Origin: the human T2T-CHM13v2.0 reference genome, Homo sapiens
NCBI RefSeq assembly: GCF_009914755.1
Contig: NC_060933.1
Length of the DNA: 64,000 nucleotides
Reading direction: 5' to 3' (one strand)
A program made the translations under genes and the position numbers. Under the pieces are notes generated by a model. The model searched no databases and was not told the DNA's origin. It saw only the letters and a list, made by a program, of their open reading frames with translations. Below, one piece after another: positions 14,701 to 26,000 of this stretch (positions are counted from its first letter, which is position 1; the number at the start of each line of letters is the position of its first letter).

Positions 14701-17700
14701 ATGGAATGGAACAACTCGAATGGAATGGAATGTAATGGAGAGTAAGGGAGTTGAATAGAATCAATCCTAATGTAATGGAATGGAATGGAACGGAATGGAA
14801 TGGAATGGAATGGAATGCAATGGAATGGAATCAACCCAAGTGCAATCGAATGGAATCGAATGGAATGGAATGCAATGGAATGGATTCAACTTGAATCGAA
14901 TGGAAAGAATGGAATCAACACGAGTGGAATGGCATGGATTGGAATGGAATGGAATGGAATCAACCCGAGTACAGGGGAATGGAATGGAATGGAGTGCAAT
15001 GGAATGGAATCATCCGTAATGGAATGGAAAGGAATGGAATGGAATGGAATGGAATGGAATGGAATGGAATGGAATCAACTCGATTGCAATCGAATGGAAT
15101 GGAATGGAATTAAACCGAATAGAATGGAATGGAATGGAATGGAACGGAACGGAATGGAATGGAATGGTATGGAATGGAACGGAACGGAATGGAATGGAAT
15201 GGAATGGAATGGAATGGAATGGAACGGAAAGGAAGGGAATGGAATGGAATAGAATGGAATGGAATGGAATCAACGCGAGTGCAGGGGAATGGAATGGAAT
15301 GGAATGCAATGGAATGGAATCTTCCGGAATGGAATGGAATGGAATGGAATGGAATGGAATGGAATGGAATCAACCCGAGTGCAATGGAATGGAGTGGAAT
15401 GGAATGGAATGGAATGGAACAACTCGAATGGAATGGAATGTAATGGAGAGTAAGGGAGTTGAATAGAATCAATCCGAATGTAATGGAATGGAACGGAACG
15501 GAATGGAATGGAATGGAATGGAATGCAATGGAATGGAATCAACCCGAGTGCAATCGAATGGAATCGAATGGAATGGAATGCAATGGAATGGATTCAACTT
15601 GAATGGAATGGAAAGAATGGAATCAACAGGAGTGGAATGGCATGGATTGGAATGGAATGGAATGGAATCAACCCGAGTACAGGGGAATGGAATGGAATGG
15701 AATGCAATGGAATGGAATCATCCGTAATGGAATGGAAAGGAATGGAATGGAATGGAATGGAATGGAATGGAATGGAATGGAATCAACTCGATTGCAATCG
15801 AATGGAATGGAATGGAATTAACCCGAATAGAAAGGAATGGAATGGAATGGAACGGAAAGGAATGGAATGGAATGGAACGGAACAGAACGGAATGGAATGG
15901 AATGGAATGGAATGGAATGGAATGGAATGGAATGGAATCAGCGCGAGTGCAGGGGAATGGAATGGAATGGAATGCAATGGAATGGAATCTTCCGGAATGG
16001 AATGGAATGAAATGGAATGGAATGGAATGAAATGCAATGGATTCAACTCGATTGCAATGGAATGGAATAGAATGGAATGGAATGGAATGGAATGGAATTA
16101 ATTCGAATAGAATGGAATGGAATGGAATGGAACGGAATGGAACGGAATGGAATGGAATGGAATGGAATGGAATGGAATGGTATGGAATGGAATGGAATGG
16201 TACGGAGTAGAATGGAATGGAACGAATTGTAGTGGAATGGAATTGAATGGAATGGAATGGAATCAACGCGAGTGCAGGGGAATGTAATGGAACGGAATGC
16301 ACTGGAATGGAATCATCCGGAATGGAATGGAATGGAATGGAATGGAATGGAATGGAATGGAATGGAATCAACCCGAGTGCAATGGAACGGAGTGGAATGG
16401 AATGGAATGGAATGGAACAACCCGAATGGAATGGAATGTAATGGAGAGTAAGGGAGTTGAATAGAATCAATTCGAATGTAATGGAATGGAATGCAACGGA
16501 ATGGAATGGAATGGAATGGAATGGAATGCAATGGAATTGAATCAACCCGAGTACAATGGAATGGAATGGAATGGAATGGAATGGAATGGAATGGAATGAT
16601 ACGGAATAGAATGGAATGGAACGAAATGGAATGGAATGGAATGGAATGGAATGGAATGGAATGGAATGGAATCGTTCCGAGTGGAATAGGAGGGAATGTA
16701 CTCGAGTGGAATGGAAAGGAATGGAATCAACCAGAGTGGAATGGAAGGGAATGGAATGGAATGGAAACTAATAGAATGGAATCAACCCGAGAGGAATGGA
16801 ATGGAAAGGACTGGAATGGAATGGAATGGAATGGAATCAACTCGATTGCAATCGAATGGAATGGAATGGAATTAACCCGAATAGAATGGAATGGAATGGA
16901 ATGGAATGGAACGGAACGGAATGGAATGGAATGGAATGGAATGGAATGGAACGGAAGGGAACGGAACGGAATGGAATGGAATGGAATGGAATGGAATGGA
17001 ATCAACGCGAGTGCAGGGGAATGGAATGGAATGGAATGCAATGGAATGGAATCTTCCGGAATGGAATGGAATGGAATGAAATGCAATGGATTCAACTCGA
17101 TTGCAATGGAATGGAATAGAATGGAATGGAATGGAATGGAATGGAATTAATCCGAATAGAATGGAATGGAATGGAATGGAACGGAATGGAACGGAATGGA
17201 ATGGAATGGAATGGAATGGAATGGAATGGTATGGAATGGAATGGAATGGTACGGAATAGAATGGAATGGAACGAATTGTAATGGAATGGAATTGAATGGA
17301 ATGGAATGGAATGGAATCAACGCGAGTGCAGGGGAATGTAACGGAACGGAATGCAATGGAATGGAATCATCCGGAATGGAATGGATTGGAATGGAATGGA
17401 ATCAACCCGAGTGCAATGGAATGTAATGGAGAGTAAGGGAGTTGAATAGAATCAATCCGAATGTAATGGAATGGAATGCAACGGAATGGAATGGAATGGA
17501 ATGGAATGGAATGGAATGGAATGCAATGGAATTGAATCAACCCGAGTACAATGGAATGGAATGGAATGGAATGGAATGGAATGGAATGGAATGATACGGA
17601 ATAGAATGGAATGGAACGAAATGGAATGGCATGGAATGGAATGGAATGGAATGGAATGGAATGGAATCGTTCCGAGTGGAATAGGAGGGAATGTATTCGA

Positions 17701-19390
17701 GTGGAATGGAAAGGAATGGTATCAACCAGAGTGGAATGGAAGGGAATGGAATGGAATGGAAACTAATAGAATGGAATCAACCCGAGTGGAATGGAATGGA
17801 AAGGACTGGAATGGAATGGAATGGAATGGAATCAACTCGATTGTAATGGAATGGAATGGAATGGAATGGAATGGAATTAACCCGAATACAATGGAATGGA
17901 ATGGAATGGAATGGAATGGAGTGGAATGGAATGGAATCAACCCGAGTGCAGGGGAATGGAATGGAATGGAATGCAATGGAATGGAATCATCCGGAATGGA
18001 ATGGAATGGAATGGAATGCAAAGCAATGGAATCAACTTGATTGCAATGGAATGGAATGGAATGGAAACGAATACATTGGAATCAACCCGAGTGGAATGGA
18101 ATGGAAAGGACTGGAATGGAGTGGAATGGAATGGAATGGAATGGAATGGAATGGAATCAACTCGATTGGAATGGAATGGAATGGAATGGAATGGAATTAA
18201 CCCGAATAGAATGGAATGGAATGGAATGGAACGAAACGGAACGGAATGGAATGGAATGGAATGGAATGGAATGGAATGGAATGGAATCAACCCGACTGCA
18301 GGGGAATGGAATGGAATGGAATGCAATGGAATGGATTCAACTTGAATGGAATGGAAAGAATGGAATCAACACGAGTGGAATGGCATGGATTGGAATGGAA
18401 TGGAATGGAATCAACCCGAGTACAGGGGAATGGAATGGAATGGAATGCAATGGAATGGAATCATCCGTAATGGAATGGAATGGAAAGGAATGGAATGGAA
18501 TGGAATGGAATGGAATAGAATGGAATGGAATCAACTCGATCGCAATTGAATGGAATGGAATGGAATTAATCCGAATAGAATGGAATGGAATGGAATGGAA
18601 CGGAACGGAACGGAATGGAGTGGATTGGAATGGAATGAAATGGAATGGAATGGAACGGAAAGGAATGGAATGGAATGGAATGGAATGGAATGGAATGGAA
18701 TGGAATCAACGCGAGTGCAGGGGAATGGAATGGAATGGAATGCAATTGAATGGAATCTTCCGGAATGGAATGGAATGGAGTGGAATCAACCCAAGTGCAA
18801 TGGAATGGAGTGGAATGGAATGGAATGGAATGGAACAACCCGAATGGAATGGAATGTAATGGAGAGTAAGGGGGTTGAATAGAATCAATCCGAATGTAAT
18901 GGAATGGAATGGAACGGAATGGAATGGAATGGAATGGAATGGAATGGAATGGAATGGAATGCAATGGAATGGAATCAACCCGAGTGCAATGGAATGGAGA
19001 GGAATGGAATGCAATGGAATGGAAACTACCCGAATGGAATGGAATGTAATGGAGTGTAAGGGAATTGAATAGAATCAATCCGAATGTAAAGGAATGGAAT
19101 GGAACGGAATGGAATGGAATGGAATGGAATGGAATGGAATGCAATGGAATGGAATCAACCCGAGTGCAATCGAATGGAATCGAATTGAATGGAATGCAAT
19201 GGAATGTATTCAACTTGAATGGAATGGAAAGAATGGAATCAACACGAGTGGGATGGCATGGATTGGAATGGAATGGAATGGAATCAACCTGAGTACAGGG
19301 GAATGTAATGGAATGGAATGCAATGGAATGGAATCATCCGTAATGGAATGGAAAGGAATGGAATGGAATGGAATGGAATGGAATGGAATG

Positions 19391-19530
19391 GAATCAACTC
19401 GATTGCAATCGAATGAAATGGAATGGAATTAACCCGAATAGAATGGAATGGAATGGAATGGAATCAACTCGATTGCAATCGAATGAAATGGAATGGAATT
19501 AACCCGAATAGAATGGAATGGAATGGAATG
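19391..19530 (+). repeat. Exact 70-bp tandem duplication (2 copies)
   Basis: 19391-19460 equals 19461-19530, including the variant GAATGAAATG. Confidence 0.93.
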
Positions 19531-20970
19531 GAATGGAATGGAATGGAATGGAATGGAACGGAATGGAATGGAATGGAATGGAATGGAATCAACGCGAGTG
19601 CAGGGGAATGGAATGGAATGGAATGCAATGGAATGGAATCTTCCGGAATGGAATGGAATGGAATGGAATGGAATGGAATGAAATGCAATGGATTCAACTC
19701 GATTGCAATGGAATGGAATATAATGGAATGGAATGGAATGGGATGGAATTAATCCGAATAGAATGGAATGGAACGGAATGGAACGGAATTGAATGGAACG
19801 GAATGGAATGGAATGGTATGGAATGGAATGGAATGGTACGGAATAGAATGGAATGGAACGAATTGTAATGGAATGGAATTGAATGGAATGGAATGGAATG
19901 GAATGGAATCAACGCGAGTACAATGGAACGGAATGTAATGTAATGTAATGTAATGTAATGGAATGGAATGGAATGGAATGGAATGGAATCAACCCGAGTG
20001 CAATGGAATGGAGACGAATGGAATGGAATGGAATGGAAACTACCCGAATGGAATGGAATGGAATGGAGTGTAAGGGAATTGAATAGAATCAATCCGAATG
20101 GAATGGAATGGAATGGAACGGAATGTAATGTAATGGAATGGAATGGAATCAACCCGAGTGCAGGGGAATGGAACGGAATGGAATGCAATGGAATGGAATC
20201 ATCCGGAATGGAATGGAATGGAATGCAATGGAATGGAATGGAATGGAATCAACCCGAGTGCAATGGAATGGAGTGAAATGGAATGGAATGGAATGGAGAC
20301 AACCAGAATGGATTGGAATATAATGGAGTGTAAGGGAATTGAATAGAATCAATCTGAATGTAATGAAATGGAATGGAACGGAATGGAATGGAATGGAATG
20401 GAATGCAATGGAATGGAATCAACCCGAGTGCAATCGAATGGAATCGAATGGAATGGAATGCAATGGAATGGATTCAACATGAATGGAATGGAAAGAATGG
20501 AATCAAAACGAGTGGAATGGCATGGATTGGAATGGAATGGAATGGAATCAACCCGAGTATAGGGGAATGGAATGGAATGGAATGCAATGGAATGGAATCA
20601 TCCGTAATGGAATGGAAAGGAATGGAATGGAATGGAATGGAATGGAATGGAATGGAATGGAATGGAATCAACTCGATTGCAATCGAATGGAATGGAATGG
20701 AATTAACCCGAATAGAAAGGAATGGAATGGAATGGAACGGAAAGGAATGGAATGGAATGGAATGGAATGGAACGGAACGGAATGGAATGGAATGGAATGG
20801 AATGGAATGGAATGGAAAGGAAAATTAGGGAATGGAATGGAATAGAATGGAATGGAATGGAATCAACGCGAGTGCAGGGGAATGGAATGGAATGGAATGC
20901 GATGGAATGGAATCTTCCGGAATGGAATGGAATGGAATGGAATGGAATTAACCGGAATAGAATGGAATGG

Positions 20971-21140
20971 AATGGAATGGTATGGTATGGAATAGAATGG
21001 AATAGAATAGAATGGAATGGTATGGTATGGAATAGAATGGAATGGAATGGTATGGTTTGGAATAGAATGGAATAGAATGGAATAGAATAGAATGGAATGG
21101 TATGGTATGGAATAGAATGGAATGGAATGGTATGGTTTGG
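20971..21140 (+). repeat. GGTAT/AGAAT variant-pentamer patch with an internal 70-bp duplication
   Basis: 20991-21060 equals 21071-21140 (AATAGAATGG AATAGAATAG...TATGGTTTGG). Confidence 0.9.
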
Positions 21141-23040
21141 AATGGAATGGAATGGAATCAACCCGAGTGCAATGGAATGGAGTGGAATGGAATGGAATGG
21201 AATGGAACAACCCGAATGGAATGGAATGTAATGGAGAGTAAGGGAGTTGAATAGAATCAATCCGAATGTAATGGAATCGAATGCAACGGAATGGAATGGA
21301 ATGGAATGCAATGGAATGGAATGCAAAGGAATGGAATCAACCCGAGTGGAATGGCATGGAATGGATTGCAATGGATTGGAATGTAATGGAATCAACTCGA
21401 GTGGAAAGGAATGGAATGGAATGGAAAGGAATGGAATGAAGTCAACTAGAGTGGAATGGAATGGAATGGAATGGATTGGAATGGATTGCAATGGAATGAA
21501 ATGGAATGGAATGGAATGGAAACAATCATTCCGAGTGGAATGGAAGGGAATGTAATGGAGTGGAAAGAAGGGAATGGAATCAACCCGAGTGGAATGCAAG
21601 GCAATGGAATGGAATGGAAATGAATGGAATGGAATCAACTCGATTGCAATGGAATGGAATGGAACGGAATGGAATGGAATGGAATGGAATTAACCGGAAT
21701 AGAATGGAATGGAATGGAATGGAACGGAATGGAATGGAATGGAAGGGAATGGAATCAACACGAGTGTAGGGGAATGGAATGGAATGGAATGCAATGGAAT
21801 GGAATCATCCGGAATGGAATGGAATGGAATGGAATAAACTCCATTGCAATGGAATGGAATGCAATGGAATGGAATAGAATGGAATGGAATTAACCCGAAT
21901 AGAATGGAATGCAATAGAATGGAATGCAACGGAACCGAATGGAGTGGAATGGAATGGAATGGAATCAACCCGAGTACAGGGGAATGGAATGGAATGGAAA
22001 GCAATGGAATGGAGTCATCCGTAATGGAATGGAAAGGAATGGAATGGAATGGAATGGAATGGAATGGAATGGAATCAACTCGATGGCAATCGAATGGAAT
22101 GGAATGGAATTAACCCGAATAGAATGGAATGGAATGGAATGGAACGGAACGGAACGGAATGGAATGGAATGGAATGGAACGGAACGGAACGGAACGGAAT
22201 GGAATGGAATGGAATGGAATGGAATCAACGCGAGTGCAGGGGAATGGAATGGAATGGAATGTAATGGAATGGAATCTTCCGGAATGGAATGGAATGGAAT
22301 GGAATGGAATGAAAGGCAATGGATTCAACTCGATTGCAATGGAATGGAATAGAATGGAATGGAATTGAATGGAATGGAATGGAATTGAATGGAATGGAAT
22401 GCCTTCAAACCGAATGGAATGGAAAGGAATGGAATCAACACGAGTGGAAAGGAATGGAATGGAAAGGAATGGAATGGAATGGAATGGTACGGAATAGAAT
22501 GGAATGGAACGAACTGGAATGGAATGGAATGGAATGGAATGGAATGGAATAGAATGGAATGGAATCGTTCCGAGTGGAATAGGAGGGAATGTATTCGAGT
22601 GGAATGGAAAGGAATGGAATCAACCAGAGTGGAATGGAAGGAAATGGAATGGAATGGAAACTAATAGAATGGAATCAACCCGAGTGGAATGGAATGGAAA
22701 GGACTGGAATGGAATGGAATGGAATGGAATTGAAAGGAATGGAATCAAATCGATTGTAATGGAATGGAATGGAATGGAATGGAATGGAATGGAATGGAAT
22801 GGAATGGATTTAACCGGAATACAATGGAATGGAATGGAATGGAAAGGAATGGAGTGGAATGGAATGGAATCAACACGATTGCAGGGGAATGGAATGGAAT
22901 GGAATGCAATGGAATGGAATCATCCGGAATGGAATGGAATGGAATGGAATGCAAAGCAATGGAATCAACTCGATTGCAATGGAATGGAATGGAATGGAAA
23001 GGAATAGAATGGAATCAACCCGAGTGTAATGGAATGGAAA

Positions 23041-23070
23041 GGACTGGAATGGACCGGAAGATTCCATTCC
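23041..23070. other. Strand-switch (inversion) junction 1
   Basis: GGACTGGAATGGA|CCGGAAGATTCCATTCC. Abrupt GGAAT-to-CATTC switch with no inserted foreign sequence. Confidence 0.95.
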
Positions 23071-26000
23071 ATTGCATTCCATTCCATTCCATTCCCCTGC
23101 AGTCGGGTTGATTCCATTCCATTCCATTCCATTCCATTCCATTCCATTCCATTCCATTCCATTCCGTTCCGTTCCGTTCCATTCCATTCCATTCCATTCT
23201 ATTCGGGTTAATTCCATTCCATTCCATTCCATTCCATTCCATTCCATTCCATTCCAATCGAGTTGATTCCATTCCATTCCATTCCACTCCATTCCAGTCC
23301 TTTCCATTCCATTCCACTCGGGTTGATTCCAATGTATTCCTTTCCATTCCATTCCATTCCATTGCAATCGAGTTGATTCCATTTCTTTGCATTCCATTCC
23401 ATTCCATTCCATTCCGGATGATTCCATTCCATTGCATTCCATTCCATTCCATTCCCCTGCACTCGGGTTGATTCCATTCCATTCCACTCCATTCCGTTCC
23501 ATTCCATTCCATTCCATTGTATTCAGGTTAATTCCATTCCATTCCATTCCATTCCATTCCATTCCATTGCAATCGAGTTGATTCCATTCCATTCCATTCC
23601 ATTCCATTCCATTCCATTCCAGTCCTTTCCATTCCATTCCACTCGGGTTGATTCCATTCTATTAGTTTCCATTCCATTCCATTCCCTTCCATTCCACTCT
23701 GGTTGATTCCATTCCTTTCCATTCCACTCGAATACATTCCTTCCTATTCCACTCGGAACGATTCCATTCCATTCCATTCCATTCCATTCCATTCCATTCC
23801 ATTCCATTTCGTTCCATTCCATTCTATTCCGTATCATTCCATTCCATTCCATTCCATTCCATTCCATTCCATTCCACTCGTTTTCATTCAATTCCTTTCC
23901 ATTCCATTCGGTTTGAAGGCATTCCATTCCATTCCATTCCATTCCATTCCATTGTACTCGGGTTGATTCCATTCCATTGCATTCCATTCCATTCCATTCC
24001 ATTCCATTCCGTTGCATTCCATTCCATTACATTCAGATTGATTCTATTCAACTCCCTTACTCTCCATTACATTCCATTCCATTCGGGTTGTTCCATTCCA
24101 TTCGATTCCATTCCACTCCATTCCATTGCACTCGGGTTGATTCCATTCCATTCCGTTCCATTCCATTCCATTCCATTCCGGATGACTCCATTCCATTGCA
24201 TTCCGTTCCATTACATTCCCCTGCACTCGCGTTGATTCCATTCCATTCCATTCAATTCCATTCCATTACAATTCGTTCCATTCCATTCTATACCGTACCA
24301 TTCCATTGCATTCCATACCATTCCATTCCATTCCATTCCATTCCATTCCGTTCCATTCCGTTCCATTGCATTCCATTCCATTCTATTCGGGTTAATTCCA
24401 TTCCATTCCATTCTATTCCATTCCATTGTAATCGAGTTGAATCCATTGCATTTCATTCCATTCCATTCCATTCCATTCCGGAAGATTCCATTCCATTGCA
24501 TTCCATTCCATTCCATTCCCCTGCACTCGCGTTGATTCCATTCCATTCCATTCCATTCCATTCCATTCCATTCCATTCCTTTCCGTTCCATTCCATTCCA
24601 TTCCATTCCGTTCCATTCCATTCCATTCCATTCCATTCTATTCGGGTTAATTCCATTCCATTCCTTTTGATTGCAATCGAGTTCATTCCATTCCATTCCA
24701 TTCCATTCCATTCCATTCCTTTCCATTCCATTACGGATGATTCCATTCCATTGCATTCCATTCCATTCCATTCCCCTGTACTCGGGTTGATTCCATTCCA
24801 TTCCATTCCAATCCATGCCATTCCACTCGTGTTGATTCCATTCTTTCCATTCCATTCAAGTTGAATCCATTCAATTGCATTCAATTCCATTCGATTCCAT
24901 TCGATTGCACTCGGGTTGATTCCATTCCATTCCATTCCATTCCATTCCATTCCATTCCATTCCGTTCCATTCCATTCCATTACATTCGGATTGATTCTAT
25001 TCAATTCCCTTACACTCCATTACATTCCATTCCATTCGGGTAGTTTCCACTCCATTCCATTCCATTCCTCTCCATTCCATTGCACTCGGGTTGATTCCAT
25101 TCCATTGCATTCCATTCCATTCCATTCAATTCCATTCCGTTCCATTCCATTCCATTACATTCCGATTGATTCTATTCAACTCCCTTACTCTCCATTACAT
25201 TCGATTCCATTCGGGTTGTTCCATTCCATTCCATTCCATTCCACTCCATTCCATTGCACTCGGGTTGATTCCATTCCATTCCATTCCATTCCGGAAGATT
25301 CCATTCCATTACATTCCATTACATTCCATTCCCCTGTACTCGTGTTGATTCCATTCCATTCCATTCCATTCCATTCCATTCCATTCCATTCCTTTCCGTT
25401 CCATTCCATTCCATTCCATTCCATTCCGTTCCGTTCCGTTCCGTTCCATTCCATTCCATTCCATTCTATTCGGGTTAATTGCATTCCATTCCATTCGATT
25501 GCAATCGAGTTGATTCCATTCCATTCCATTCCATTCCATTCCATTCCATTCCATTCCTTTCCATTCCATTACGGATGATTCCATTCCATTGCATTCCATT
25601 CCATTCCATTCCCTTGTACTCGGGTTGATTCCATTCCATTCCATTCCAATCCATGCCATTCCACTCGTGTTGATTCCATTCTTTCCATTCCATTCAAGTT
25701 GAATCCATTCCATTGCATTCCATTCCATTCGATTCCATTCGATTGCACTCGGGTTGATTCCATTCCATTGCATTCCATTCCATCCTATTTCATTCCATTC
25801 CATTCCTTTCCATTCCATTCCATTCTATTCCATTCCATTGCAATCGAGTTGATTGCATTCCATTCCTTTCCATTCCATTCCATTGCCTCTAATTCCACTC
25901 GGGTTGATTCCATTCCCTTCTTTCCACTCCATTACATTCCCTTCCATTCCACTCGGAATGATTGATTCCATTCCATTCCATTCCATTTCATTCCATTGCA

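Larger units (their letters stand above)
1..23053 (+). repeat. HSat3 orientation block 1 (GGAAT on + strand)
   Basis: GGAAT pentamers up to ...GGACTGGAATGGA ending at 23053. Confidence 0.97.

Noticed and set aside
1-23053. Canonical G-quadruplexes or (GGAA)n EWS-FLI1-type microsatellites
   Set aside because: G-runs are almost all GG, with GGG/GGGG isolated. The repeat unit is GGAAT, not tandem GGAA.
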